From an uncultured virus (IMG/VR IMGVR_UViG_3300042451_001437) (Duplodnaviria; Heunggongvirae; Uroviricota; Caudoviricetes): a DNA stretch of 64,000 nt. The translations under genes were made by a program, and so were the position numbers. The DNA is taken from IMG/VR virus record IMGVR_UViG_3300042451_001437; one strand, 5' to 3'. Position 1 is the first letter of the stretch, and each line of letters opens with the position of its first letter. Of this stretch, positions 10,271 to 20,097 are shown piece after piece. The notes beneath the pieces are model-generated. The model did no database searches. It worked only from the letters and a program-made list of their open reading frames with translations, and had not been told where the DNA came from.

Positions 10271-10519
10271 TTATCTTCTTCCAGCTTTCGCTTTATTCAT
10301 CTCTCTTTCTCTTGCTTCTTTTATTTTTTCGTTTTCTTCCATCAAGATATCAATAAATTTCCTTCTCTCAAAAACTGGCATAACCATTACGTCTGAATAA
10401 GTAAAATTAGCATGCTTAACCAATATGTACGATTCGTACATCATTTGGTTTCTATACTCATACGTAAGGCCAAAGAAATTTGGCTGTAATAGGAAGTTCA
10501 CCAAAAAAAAACTCTCCAC
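10271..10519 (-). CDS. Tail/baseplate assembly chaperone, second part (T4 gp51-like / lambda 'T'-like)
   Basis: YILVKHANFTYSDVMVMPVFERRKFIDIL resembles gp51-type small chaperones. It overlaps the upstream ORF in the +1 frame. The true start is uncertain (frameshift or ATG near 10444). Confidence 0.6.
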   Translation of the reverse strand: MESFFLVNFLLQPNFFGLTYEYRNQMMYESYILVKHANFTYSDVMVMPVFERRKFIDILMEENEKIKEAREREMNKAKAGRR

Positions 10520-11216
10520 TTGGAGCTTCTACATTGATGGTCAAATCAAGACCTGGTTCGTTATCTGATAAATGCTTCCTAAATTCAGCAGAATCCATTG
10601 GTGACATAGTATCAATGAACTGGGCAATTGCAGCCTTTTCTCTGATACCATCAACTTCAGTGATTTGACTTTGTAATCTAAGCGTCATCAATTGGCTAAT
10701 TGCGTTTGAGCCCATTTTTTTGGTTCTGGCTTGGTCTTCTTTAACCAATTTATCATCTTCATCAGATGTCAAATATCTAAACTTAACTGTTTTCTTACAC
10801 TTTGGTAGTGTAAATGAACATTCACCATTTTCATCTGGTTGTAAAGCATTTTCTTTTGTTGGTAATTGACTAATATCAATGTCCTCAACAAATTTTTCAC
10901 CTGTTTTAGGGTCAGTTAATTCAACTGGATAAATTTCACCATATCCTGTTGCTCTTAAAAAGAAGATAATAGCATTTCTATCACCTGGTAATAATTGACC
11001 AGCTTTGATGTCTTTATCTAAAATCTTTTTTTCCAATAAAACATCTAAAACTTTACCGTTTTGTAATAAGTTTGGTGATGTTAAAATGTTCTCATCAGCC
11101 GCTGTCATATAAGCAACCTTGATAGTATCTTTTTTGTTTTTGTAAAATTTACCACCTGAAGGTAAGCTAATCACGTCATGCGCTGGCTCAAAGTAAACTT
11201 GTTGTCCGTTATCCAT
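10458..11216 (-). CDS. Baseplate hub / tail assembly chaperone (T4 gp26-like)
   Basis: ISLPSGGKFY...VAYMTAADENILTS and a second internal repeat (FTLPKCKKTVKFRYLTSDED). Position between tube and tape measure fits. Confidence 0.7.
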   Translation of the reverse strand: MDNGQQVYFEPAHDVISLPSGGKFYKNKKDTIKVAYMTAADENILTSPNLLQNGKVLDVLLEKKILDKDIKAGQLLPGDRNAIIFFLRATGYGEIYPVELTDPKTGEKFVEDIDISQLPTKENALQPDENGECSFTLPKCKKTVKFRYLTSDEDDKLVKEDQARTKKMGSNAISQLMTLRLQSQITEVDGIREKAAIAQFIDTMSPMDSAEFRKHLSDNEPGLDLTINVEAPSGEFFFGELPITAKFLWPYV

Positions 11217-11330
11217 ATTTTATTTATTTAAATTAATTATAGTACATTATTAAATAGTGTAAACAGTATTTTTTTTAAAATTTACAGTTTACTCGTTTTT
11301 TGACGGTACTTATTATAATAATACGCACAT

Positions 11331-11732
11331 ATGACCAAAAAGAAAAGAAAAATTGGGAAATTATTTAAAAAAATGGGTGGTACCTCAAACCTTGAAGTAT
11401 CTTTCGCTGAAATACTTACGAGTTTGAACATAAAGTTTGAACAACATTTTGTCTTTAAAAAACGAGAATTTGATTTTTTATTGACTGAACATAACATTTT
11501 GGTTGAAACTCATGGTTGTTTTTTTCATTGTTGTAAGAAACACAATCCAGAGCCAAAATACGCCTTCCAAAGAAGAAACTTAAAGAATGATCAGTACAAG
11601 GTTAAAATCGTCAAATTTGACCCCGCATACACCTTAATGGTCATTTGGGAACATGAGTTGGAAACTCAAACCGTGTTAATGGAGAAAATTAACACTTTTG
11701 TTGGTAAACACAGTAAATTGCTTAATGGGTAA
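11331..11732 (+). CDS. Vsr/DUF559-like PD-(D/E)xK endonuclease
   Basis: SNLE...FEQHF...FDF...VETHGCFFHC...ND..K...LMVIWEHE matches the Vsr-like pattern. Confidence 0.7.
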   Translation: MTKKKRKIGKLFKKMGGTSNLEVSFAEILTSLNIKFEQHFVFKKREFDFLLTEHNILVETHGCFFHCCKKHNPEPKYAFQRRNLKNDQYKVKIVKFDPAYTLMVIWEHELETQTVLMEKINTFVGKHSKLLNG

Positions 11733-11763
11733 AAAAAAAGGGGTCGCATAGCGTCCCCTCTTT
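11731..11763. terminator. Probable bidirectional terminator between convergent genes
   Basis: A9 then GGGGTCGC-ata-GCGTCCCC then T-rich sequence, between the stops at 11732 and 11784. Confidence 0.65.
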
Positions 11764-11783
11764 GTAAAAAGTAATTGCAAATC

Positions 11784-12272
11784 TTAGTAAACCAATATAC
11801 AACGGTCCATTCTCAATGTTGCGGTGATATCTGCGATTTCGTCATCGCTGTATTCTAACGATCCAAAGTCAACGTTGGTCATAAATGTACCTTGAAGGAT
11901 CCATTTTTCTACAACAACACCTGTTGGATCAAGCATTTCTAATTCAATATCTTTTTTATAACCAGCAGCATAACCCATTCTTCCTGTTACTGATTCAGCA
12001 TGCAAACGAACCCATTCCATTAATGCTTGTGCAGCTGAAGGACCAATTGGGTCTTTAAACGTAACATCAATTGCATCCCAAGTAAATCTACCAGCTACCC
12101 ATGTAGAAGTATTTAAGAATGGAATCTCAACTTCGTTTATTGCAATTTTTGGTCTTGACGTAGAGATTACAAACCACTCGTTAATACCAAGTGAGCTTGG
12201 GAATCTTAAAATAAACCTGTTCTTTCTTTTTGGTTCGTAAGGAACAGGCATTTTCATTAATAAGTTAGCCAT
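11784..12272 (-). CDS. gp19: Tail tube protein (T4 gp19-like)
   Basis: EPKRKNRF...RPKI...AGRFTWDAIDVTFKDPI...YKKDIELEMLDPTGVVVEKWILQGTF...LRMDRC; follows the sheath gene. Confidence 0.88.
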   Translation of the reverse strand: MANLLMKMPVPYEPKRKNRFILRFPSSLGINEWFVISTSRPKIAINEVEIPFLNTSTWVAGRFTWDAIDVTFKDPIGPSAAQALMEWVRLHAESVTGRMGYAAGYKKDIELEMLDPTGVVVEKWILQGTFMTNVDFGSLEYSDDEIADITATLRMDRCILVY

Positions 12273-12364
12273 ATTTTTTCTTTATTTAATTTTGTTTTAT
12301 TGTTTATTAATAAATATCTTTGTTTTTGCTTTTGTACACCTTTTTAAAAAAATATTTCAAAATA

Positions 12365-12396
12365 CTTGACTTTTGCCGTTTTTTATCTTATTTTTG
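12365..12396 (+). promoter_or_regulatory. Bacteroidetes-type promoter with no downstream ORF
   Basis: CTTG (12365-12368), a 20-nt spacer, then TATTTTTG (12389-12396). Confidence 0.45.
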
Positions 12397-12542
12397 TTAA
12401 GGGTCTTAACCAAGGTACTCTATTCTTATAGTACTATAATATAATACTAATTATATTCTATTCTATATATGTACTATATATTTATTTTTCTTTGTTACTT
12501 TCTTTTTAACCGCTGACGGAAAACCACCTACGGTAAAAAATA

Positions 12543-12572
12543 TGGGGGTACTATTAAGGCACCCCCAGTTTT
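12543..12572. terminator. Hairpin/terminator after sheath gene
   Basis: TGGGGGT...ACCCCCA stem next to the sheath stop, with T-rich flanks on both strands. Confidence 0.6.
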
Positions 12573-12573
12573 A

Positions 12574-15500
12574 TTATATGTTATCAAATGATACGTTTTG
12601 TGGAGTTACTGTAAATTCAAGTTCAATGAATTCTAAAGTAGGTGTTGGTTTGATAAAGATTTTACCTTTTAAAGTATTTCTATCGTTATCTTCAATGTCC
12701 ATCGCAACGCTAACTCTAAAGTCTGTTAAACCTCTTTCTTTTCTAATGTTATCCAAGATTGGGTTAACCAAAGACAAGAATTGGTTTCTAACTGTAGTAT
12801 CGTTTGGATCGAATAACAATCTCTTAGACACACTCATGATCAATCTTCTTGCTTGTAACAACAATCTTCTGATGTTAAGTCTATCAAGAGCGCTTGATTT
12901 AACTTGCAAGTTTCTGTTACCCCAGATAACAACCCCAACGTCTGAATAAGTCGCTAATGGGTTAATTCTACCTGGATATAAGATGTCTCTTGCTTCTTGA
13001 TCAAGAACGATACGAGCTCTATTACATTTAACTAAACCTCTATTGTAACCAGCAGTTGCAAACCAAGGGAACGCTACGTTATCAGTATAAGCCATGTTTC
13101 TTACTACCTCAGCAGTAGGTGGTATAAATAAGTTTGCGTTATTGTCTGTGTCTGTGATTTGAATCCAAGGGTAGTAAACCGCAGTGTAGTTAGAGTCAAT
13201 ATCAGTGTTTTCTAATTCATCAACGATATCTTCAGCAAAGTACCAATTTTCAGTATCCGAAGGGTTGTTATTGTTTAACAACTTGATATCAGGTAATGTT
13301 GGTAAGTAAATTGCATCCAATCTCTTTTCTTCAACAACCTCAATTGCATCTCTAACCAAGTCAGTGTTGTTTAACACGTCAATACCAGGTGTTGCTAAGA
13401 TGTTGATAGCGGTTTCTTCTGGGTTTTGGAATGTTCTGATACCGTACATTGTAGCGTAGTAGTCAGAAGTACCAAACAACTCAGCGTACTCAACGTTTGT
13501 GAATGTATCGAATGTACCAGCTACGAAACCAGTTCTACCGATTTTGTATTCATCTGTATTTGTTCTGTTAACTCTATAAGCATCCCAACCGTCAAAACCA
13601 CCAGCAAATAAAGCTGTGAATTTTCTTGTTCTCATGTTATTATAAGGGTGAGTTGTTGTACCATCAACCACAATTGGGTCAACGAATGAAGCAACACCAA
13701 CCGCAAAAACTTGTTCTCCAGTCACAGAGTCAACAATGCTACTTGCATTGATGTCCATGTGGAAACCTTTTGTTTTTGTTGAATAGTCATCACCAGTGTT
13801 ATAAGCATTATCACCTAAGATACTAATTTTACCTTTAAACAATAATAGGTCTTTGTCAAATCCAAATTGGTTTGAGAAACCTAAATAGTTTTTAGTTACT
13901 CTATCACCACTAGAAACTGTTGCGTTAGCAAATGGTGGGTTGTAAATTGTATCGCCAGGAGCGTAGTATTTTAATTTATAAGGTATTTCAGGAACAGCTG
14001 TTGCTGTGTAACCAGAAACACCATTTGTTCTAAATTCGTAACCCTCAAAACCAGCTGGTACACCATCAGTTGGTGCGTTTACAGCCATTTCAAGAACAAC
14101 ATAAGAACTCTTAAGTGGGTATTTGTTATCGATAGTACCGATTTTTCTACCAACGAAATTATCTAATGATTCATCCATTGTACAATCAACAAATCTTTCA
14201 AGTATTGATACCGCTCTATCTGTATCACTAAATGATCTAATGTAGATATCAAAAGTTTTCTTAGATAAGTCAACATTAGCGATTGAAGCTTTAATCTCAG
14301 TGTTTGCACTTGTACCGTCAGAAATTGAAATTAATCTGAACAATCTTTGTGGTAAACCACCTCTTAATTCAGATACGAAGAAAGGTGTAACTGGTGATTG
14401 GTACTGGAATCTGTAGTGATCCCAATTATTAACTGATGTTAATTCACTATATAAACCTTTAATTTTACCACTTAACCATCCTAATTTTAATGAATTATCG
14501 TAAACCTCTTCAACAAAGATTTGAGAATCTTTATCACTTGGGGTTGTACCGATTACTTTTTTAATGTAGTTAGATTTTGTGCTATCTAAAGAAACCGTGT
14601 ATGTAAATGTGCTACCAGTTGGGTTAGCTGTTGTACCAGTTAAGTCAAATGCTAAATAAGGGTCGCTAACAACACCAGCTGGAGCAACCATGTCCAATGA
14701 ATTAACTCTGTAACCTAATACATCTGAAGTGTAAGTACCTCTACTTCTTACAGTAGCAACGTTTTTATTGTGACCATCTTGGAAAGGATCAGCTGTTAAA
14801 TTAACAGTAAATAACTCTAATTTACCATTAAGTGTATGCGCACCAGCCGATGTAAATGTGTGGCAATATAAAGCAAATGAAGGTCCATTATATGTTTCAG
14901 TTGCAGTGTTGTATATTAATTCGTTATTTAACACATAAGCATCTCTATCAGAATTTGGAACTGTGAAAGGTAATTCGTATGCGTCAAAATAGATTGGTGT
15001 TAAAGCGTTTGTAGCTGCATCAGTCACTAAATCAGTGTCCATATCGTCTGTCAAAAGACCCCAATATAAAGCGTTACCAGCGTAGAAATCAGCGTTGTTA
15101 AAACCACCAATTGTTGTAAAGAATTGATTAAATACTGTATCAAAATCAGTTGCGGCAACACCAGTTAAGTTTGCGATATAATCAATCAAATCCGTATTAC
15201 CAGAACCACCAGTAACATAGAAATCATTGTTATTAGTATCAACTTTGAAATTAATTGTTGTTTGAGTAACACCAGTGTGGGATAAAGTTGACTCATCGCA
15301 TGCACCCAATGTCTTAATAACCCAAGCCATACCCGCCTCATAGCCAGATAAACCTAAAAGTCTTGTAACATACAATTGGTTTGATTGCGTTAAATACTGC
15401 TTTGCTATGTACGGTAATTCGTACTTAACGATTTGTGTATTTTTAAATTTTTCTGGATTAGTACCACCAAAAGTAGTCTTAAATTCATCGAAATTTCTGA

Positions 15501-15639
15501 TGAATATTGGTTGGAACGCTGGACCCTTTAAGGTTTCACCCACTACACCTAATGTTGTAACACCAACTGTTTCAGTTGTGAATGTTAAATCTTTTTCGGT
15601 TGTGTAGACACCTGGAGATGCATAAACTTTGTTTGCCAT
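12574..15639 (-). CDS. gp18: Contractile tail sheath protein (T4 gp18-like)
   Basis: N-terminal ASPGVYTTEKDLT...GETLKGPAFQP; C-terminal YYPWI...PWFATAGYNRG...INPLATYSDVGVVIWGNRNL...LDRLNIRRLL...IKPTPTLEFIELEF. Confidence 0.95.
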   Translation of the reverse strand: MANKVYASPGVYTTEKDLTFTTETVGVTTLGVVGETLKGPAFQPIFIRNFDEFKTTFGGTNPEKFKNTQIVKYELPYIAKQYLTQSNQLYVTRLLGLSGYEAGMAWVIKTLGACDESTLSHTGVTQTTINFKVDTNNNDFYVTGGSGNTDLIDYIANLTGVAATDFDTVFNQFFTTIGGFNNADFYAGNALYWGLLTDDMDTDLVTDAATNALTPIYFDAYELPFTVPNSDRDAYVLNNELIYNTATETYNGPSFALYCHTFTSAGAHTLNGKLELFTVNLTADPFQDGHNKNVATVRSRGTYTSDVLGYRVNSLDMVAPAGVVSDPYLAFDLTGTTANPTGSTFTYTVSLDSTKSNYIKKVIGTTPSDKDSQIFVEEVYDNSLKLGWLSGKIKGLYSELTSVNNWDHYRFQYQSPVTPFFVSELRGGLPQRLFRLISISDGTSANTEIKASIANVDLSKKTFDIYIRSFSDTDRAVSILERFVDCTMDESLDNFVGRKIGTIDNKYPLKSSYVVLEMAVNAPTDGVPAGFEGYEFRTNGVSGYTATAVPEIPYKLKYYAPGDTIYNPPFANATVSSGDRVTKNYLGFSNQFGFDKDLLLFKGKISILGDNAYNTGDDYSTKTKGFHMDINASSIVDSVTGEQVFAVGVASFVDPIVVDGTTTHPYNNMRTRKFTALFAGGFDGWDAYRVNRTNTDEYKIGRTGFVAGTFDTFTNVEYAELFGTSDYYATMYGIRTFQNPEETAINILATPGIDVLNNTDLVRDAIEVVEEKRLDAIYLPTLPDIKLLNNNNPSDTENWYFAEDIVDELENTDIDSNYTAVYYPWIQITDTDNNANLFIPPTAEVVRNMAYTDNVAFPWFATAGYNRGLVKCNRARIVLDQEARDILYPGRINPLATYSDVGVVIWGNRNLQVKSSALDRLNIRRLLLQARRLIMSVSKRLLFDPNDTTVRNQFLSLVNPILDNIRKERGLTDFRVSVAMDIEDNDRNTLKGKIFIKPTPTLEFIELEFTVTPQNVSFDNI

Positions 15640-15742
15640 ATTTAGTTAATTTTATTTATTTAATTTTATCTTATTCATAAATATCAGATTTTTTACCAAA
15701 AAACCATAATATCCGTTCATTTTTAAAATTCTTTCTTTATTT

Positions 15743-16510
15743 TTAAATATTTTCAGTTATTGTAAAAGTTCTGCTAATCGCTGGTGTCACAATATAATCT
15801 TCTGGATCCGATATAAACCCTTGCAAATTAAAATTGTACAATTGCACGTAAAACCTTTTATTATTAAGATCAGTCACTTGACTTTCATCTGAAGAATCTT
15901 CTAAAACAATTGGAATATAATGTCCATTAACCACAGTATAAGCTTGTCTGCTTTGAAAATTCTTTAAAACCGTGGCGTTAAACTTATTAAGCTCTTGTTG
16001 TCTATAAGAAAAAATTCTAACATCGTAAGTTATATCAACAGGTATTGGTTGAGGTATTTTATAAACATCAACACCCATTTTATTACCATCCCAAGTTGGG
16101 ACTTCCGCATATGTGTAATGTTTACCAGTTGGTATGTTATAAATCAAAGAAGGGTTTGTACCGTATTTTGTGTCTGGATTCCTAACAATGTTTATAAAAG
16201 GTATTTTAAGATTTTTATATTCATCTGAAAATTTCCAGGTTTGAGAAAACTCGTTCCATTTTTGTATACCCATCATAAAAACAGGTACTTTTTCACCGTC
16301 AAGACTTATTGATAGGTTATTGGTTACAAAGTCTTTAAAACCCCTATCTAAGTCAATATGCATAACACCTTTAGGAAGATACGTATCATTATTAATGATC
16401 ATATCTTTCATATTTTCAGCCGCACCGCTTTGCATAGAGTATGGATACTCAATGTTGGCACGTTGTTGCGTGATATTTATTTTCTTTTTAAATGAACCTG
16501 GTAAAGCCAT
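15743..16510 (-). CDS. Tail terminator / sheath stabiliser (gp15-like)
   Basis: IPQPIPVDITYDVRIFSY motif; located immediately upstream of the sheath. Confidence 0.55.
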   Translation of the reverse strand: MALPGSFKKKINITQQRANIEYPYSMQSGAAENMKDMIINNDTYLPKGVMHIDLDRGFKDFVTNNLSISLDGEKVPVFMMGIQKWNEFSQTWKFSDEYKNLKIPFINIVRNPDTKYGTNPSLIYNIPTGKHYTYAEVPTWDGNKMGVDVYKIPQPIPVDITYDVRIFSYRQQELNKFNATVLKNFQSRQAYTVVNGHYIPIVLEDSSDESQVTDLNNKRFYVQLYNFNLQGFISDPEDYIVTPAISRTFTITENI

Positions 16511-16512
16511 AA

Positions 16513-17034
16513 TTACATCCCTTTAAATACGTTAGGGTCAACATTAGTACATTTTATTCTTCTGAAATAACCAGAATAACCGAATTGGCTACTTGCATTA
16601 TCTGTGTTTATGGTATCGTCATCAAAAACTGTGAAATATTTCATATTGTTTTCTCTATCTGAATAACCAACAATATCACCATAACTTATTTCAGTGTTTT
16701 TTTCATTTAGTTGTTTTTGTAAAACCGTAAACTCAAGATTACCATAATCTTGGTACCTTAAATTACCATTTGGTGAATAAGATTTGTTCTCACCGTTTTC
16801 AAGGTTAAGAATAACTTTTAACTCAACTGGTGATAAAAATCTGATATCGTTTACATTACTTTCACCGTAAACATCATCCATTTGAGTGTTAACTCTATCA
16901 ACTCTAAATAAAACAACAGTAAAGTTCATATCACCCTCGATTAGCTCAGTAGCCATATCAAGTTCGAGTTGAAAATCTTCTTCGTCATAAAACCTATTCA
17001 ACCTTGTGTTTGGTATTCTAGTTTTTCTTTCCAT
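16513..17034 (-). CDS. Neck / head-closure protein (gp14-like)
   Basis: VVLFRVDRVNTQMDDVYGES...EISYGDIVGY pattern, synteny, and an upstream late motif. Confidence 0.55.
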   Translation of the reverse strand: MERKTRIPNTRLNRFYDEEDFQLELDMATELIEGDMNFTVVLFRVDRVNTQMDDVYGESNVNDIRFLSPVELKVILNLENGENKSYSPNGNLRYQDYGNLEFTVLQKQLNEKNTEISYGDIVGYSDRENNMKYFTVFDDDTINTDNASSQFGYSGYFRRIKCTNVDPNVFKGM

Positions 17035-17133
17035 TACCGTTTATATATAAATACTTTGATTTATTAATGAATTGACTTTGTCCCAAAAATTTATTATTAT
17101 TGAATAATAATAAATTAAAGGAAAAGGGATTGA

Positions 17134-18912
17134 ATGCAGTTACCAATAGAAAAGAGAGCACTGGATATATTAAAAACATATAAGGGGTCTAACGATTACA
17201 TATTAGGTATACAAAACACCTACTTCACAAGTAAAAGTTTTATACCAACAAAGAATCAAAGTGATTATATCATAAGGAATGGCGCTGTAGAACCAGTTGT
17301 TGTTAATAAATTATTTGATATTAGTAAATCTTGTAGACCTTTTATCGCTGAACAATTAAAATTAGATTTTATCCCAGATAAGATTTTTATCAATAAATTA
17401 CTCAGTAGAAAAGAAAATTTTTTACACGTATTTGGCTGTTTTGAAGAGGGTTGTGACAAATATTACACTTTTTATATTTCAAAAGAGTGTGTAAAGGTTA
17501 GTCGACCAGAACCAGAAATTGACCCAACAAAATATGAAAGGGATCCAAAACCACATCAAATAACAGCGATTAAAAAATTATTGACAAACGATAAATTTAT
17601 CCTGGCCGATGAGATGGGTCTTGGTAAAACAACATCCGCTATTATTGCGGCTATGGAAGGACAATTCAAAAAGATATTAGTTGTTTGCCCAGCATCTCTT
17701 AAACTTAACTGGAAGATTGAGATCTCAAATTACGACTCACCTGATAATATCAGTGTTGTTGACGGAAGCAATCTTACCGTAAAGAAATGGACTATTGTAA
17801 ACTACGACATTCTTAAAAATTTTCACCATTTACCTAGACGTGGTGTCAAAACAGCGGATCTACCAGTATCACCAATCGATTACCATAAGTTTGATTTAGT
17901 TATTGCTGATGAGGCTCACTACCTTAAAAACGCTTCATCTAACAGAACAAAAATCTTTAATGATTTTGCGATGAAAATACCAGTAAGATGGTTATTAACA
18001 GGTACACCGATCACAAATAAACCAATTGATTTTTATAATCTTCTGTATTTGTGTGATTCACCTGTTGCAGCTAACTGGGTTGGTTACGTTAAAAGATATT
18101 GTGCTGGTAGACAGTTTAATCGTAAAGGTACCAAACAAAAGTATTGGGTTTGTTCTGGATCTTCAAATCTTGAAGAATTAAAAGATTTTTCATCTGATGT
18201 TATCCTTAGAAGGACTAAAAACGATTCTATTGATTTACCGCAAAAGACTATTAAACCTGTGTATCTCCCATTAGAATTTTCAACGAGTTACAATGCATAT
18301 ATTGCTGAGTATGAGGCTTGGATTGAAGAAATGGAAGCGGCTGGGGAAAAACCCACAATTACGGATCACCTTACAAAACTTATCAAAGTTAGACAATTAT
18401 TATCTTATGATAAGATCGCTCATACAATTGAAATGGCTGAGGAAATGCTCGAGAACGGTCAAAAAGTTATCATATTTAGTTGTTTTACAAACACAATTAA
18501 AGAATTGCAAGCGCATTTTGGTAAAAAAGCTGTAACAATTGACGGGTCTGTTTCAAAAGAAAAAAGACAACAAGCTGTTGACCAATTTCAAACTGATGAT
18601 AAAATCACCGTTTTCTTGGGTAACATTGTTGCCGCTGGTGTTGGTTTGACCTTGACTGAAAGTAGTGTTGTGATATTCAATGATTTAGACTGGACACCAG
18701 CAAACCATATGCAAGCTGAAGATAGAGCACATAGAATTGGCCAACAAAACCAAGTTCACATCATTTATCCGTTATTTGCCGATACTTTGGATATGATCAT
18801 GTACAAAGCACTTCAAAGTAAAATGAAGATTATTAGTACGATTATGGGTGATAACCCATCTGAAGAGGAAATATCAGTTGGTAAAGAGGTTATTATGCAC
18901 CTTAGACGTTAA
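17134..18912 (+). CDS. SNF2/SWI2-family (HARP/SMARCAL1-like) helicase
   Basis: LADEMGLGKT (Walker A), IADEAH (DExH), LLTGTP, AAGVGLTLT, QAEDRAHRIGQ. Confidence 0.93.
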   Translation: MQLPIEKRALDILKTYKGSNDYILGIQNTYFTSKSFIPTKNQSDYIIRNGAVEPVVVNKLFDISKSCRPFIAEQLKLDFIPDKIFINKLLSRKENFLHVFGCFEEGCDKYYTFYISKECVKVSRPEPEIDPTKYERDPKPHQITAIKKLLTNDKFILADEMGLGKTTSAIIAAMEGQFKKILVVCPASLKLNWKIEISNYDSPDNISVVDGSNLTVKKWTIVNYDILKNFHHLPRRGVKTADLPVSPIDYHKFDLVIADEAHYLKNASSNRTKIFNDFAMKIPVRWLLTGTPITNKPIDFYNLLYLCDSPVAANWVGYVKRYCAGRQFNRKGTKQKYWVCSGSSNLEELKDFSSDVILRRTKNDSIDLPQKTIKPVYLPLEFSTSYNAYIAEYEAWIEEMEAAGEKPTITDHLTKLIKVRQLLSYDKIAHTIEMAEEMLENGQKVIIFSCFTNTIKELQAHFGKKAVTIDGSVSKEKRQQAVDQFQTDDKITVFLGNIVAAGVGLTLTESSVVIFNDLDWTPANHMQAEDRAHRIGQQNQVHIIYPLFADTLDMIMYKALQSKMKIISTIMGDNPSEEEISVGKEVIMHLRR

Positions 18913-20075
18913 TGTTCGGTATGGATGATTCTTTTTACATCTGATCTATAAAGAGCGTCATCACCATCATTTGGCGTTATAATTACATGATATTTTTTAA
19001 CACCCATATCTTTTGTTGACATCATCTCATCATAAGATAAAATATCATCTATATTTGGTATATTATAATACTCAGCAACCCTTTCTTTTAAAGTTTCTAA
19101 ATCATCAATCCTATCTAAATCAAGATCCTTAAACTCACTTGAAGGGAACCTAACCGAAAGTTTTTGATTTTCTGGGTTAATTTTACTTAATTCTCTTTTA
19201 TTAGCATCGGCTGAAAAACTTGTTGAATCTAATTCTGAGTCTTGGGCAACTGAAGCTATTTTTGTGTGTGCGGCACTTATAATATTATAACCCTCTTCTT
19301 TTAATCTATTTATAACGTTCTCGGCCATTCTAACGTATTTTTCCGTAAAAAAGTCCCCAGAATCGTTCCATCTAAACATAACTCTCCATTTATAACCTTT
19401 AAGAGCCTTATGTTCAATACATTTATCTTTTAACTCTTTATAAAGTCTTTCTTCATATTCTTTTGGGAAATTTAAAAGATAATTTAATCTTCTGGTCATA
19501 CTATCATAAGATGCTGGATATTGGATATATTGACCAGATAAAGCGTAACAACCTTGTCTACAAGTACCTGCACCTGGGCATGTATTTATAATAACAAATT
19601 TTTTATTTTGTATATCATAAGCTAAACCTCTAAAAGCGGGTAAACCTGTCTTATAAACAAAATCGTTGGGACCACCGCTTTTTATCATTTTTTCGTTAGT
19701 GTTTACAACGTTATTTGGTGGCTCAGTCATTCTTTTTATAAAAGTGTTAACATCAGCTGTTTCAAAATTACCTTTAACCGTTTCATCTTTATATTCCTTA
19801 TCTGTACCTAAAAGTCTGGTTTTTGCGTGAATAAATGGTAGACTTGTTGGGAATTTTTTTCTGTCTTTTGTAGATAAATTTCTGTTATCAATTAAATCAT
19901 TTAAGTATTCAATTAATTGCGGTAACGGTAAACAACTTTTTTTAACATCACTAAAATCGCCTTCCCAGTCAATTTCAAATAAATCATCCTCATATAGATT
20001 ACTTTCATTAATAGGTAAACCTATAATATTTTTCATTCTATTTAACGATTCTTGTAAACTCAATTCCTTTTTCAT
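18909..20075 (-). CDS. Gp88-like protein (atypical radical-SAM-like, Cx5Cx3C)
   Basis: NTCPGAGTCRQGCYA and FRWNDSGDFF motifs typical of phage Gp88-family proteins. Confidence 0.65.
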   Translation of the reverse strand: MKKELSLQESLNRMKNIIGLPINESNLYEDDLFEIDWEGDFSDVKKSCLPLPQLIEYLNDLIDNRNLSTKDRKKFPTSLPFIHAKTRLLGTDKEYKDETVKGNFETADVNTFIKRMTEPPNNVVNTNEKMIKSGGPNDFVYKTGLPAFRGLAYDIQNKKFVIINTCPGAGTCRQGCYALSGQYIQYPASYDSMTRRLNYLLNFPKEYEERLYKELKDKCIEHKALKGYKWRVMFRWNDSGDFFTEKYVRMAENVINRLKEEGYNIISAAHTKIASVAQDSELDSTSFSADANKRELSKINPENQKLSVRFPSSEFKDLDLDRIDDLETLKERVAEYYNIPNIDDILSYDEMMSTKDMGVKKYHVIITPNDGDDALYRSDVKRIIHTEH

Positions 20076-20097
20076 ATAATATTCCCGTATTTAAAAG

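Noticed and set aside
12542..12949. 135-aa plus-strand ORF downstream of the orphan promoter
   Set aside because: Almost wholly antisense to the conserved sheath C-terminus and starts inside the hairpin.
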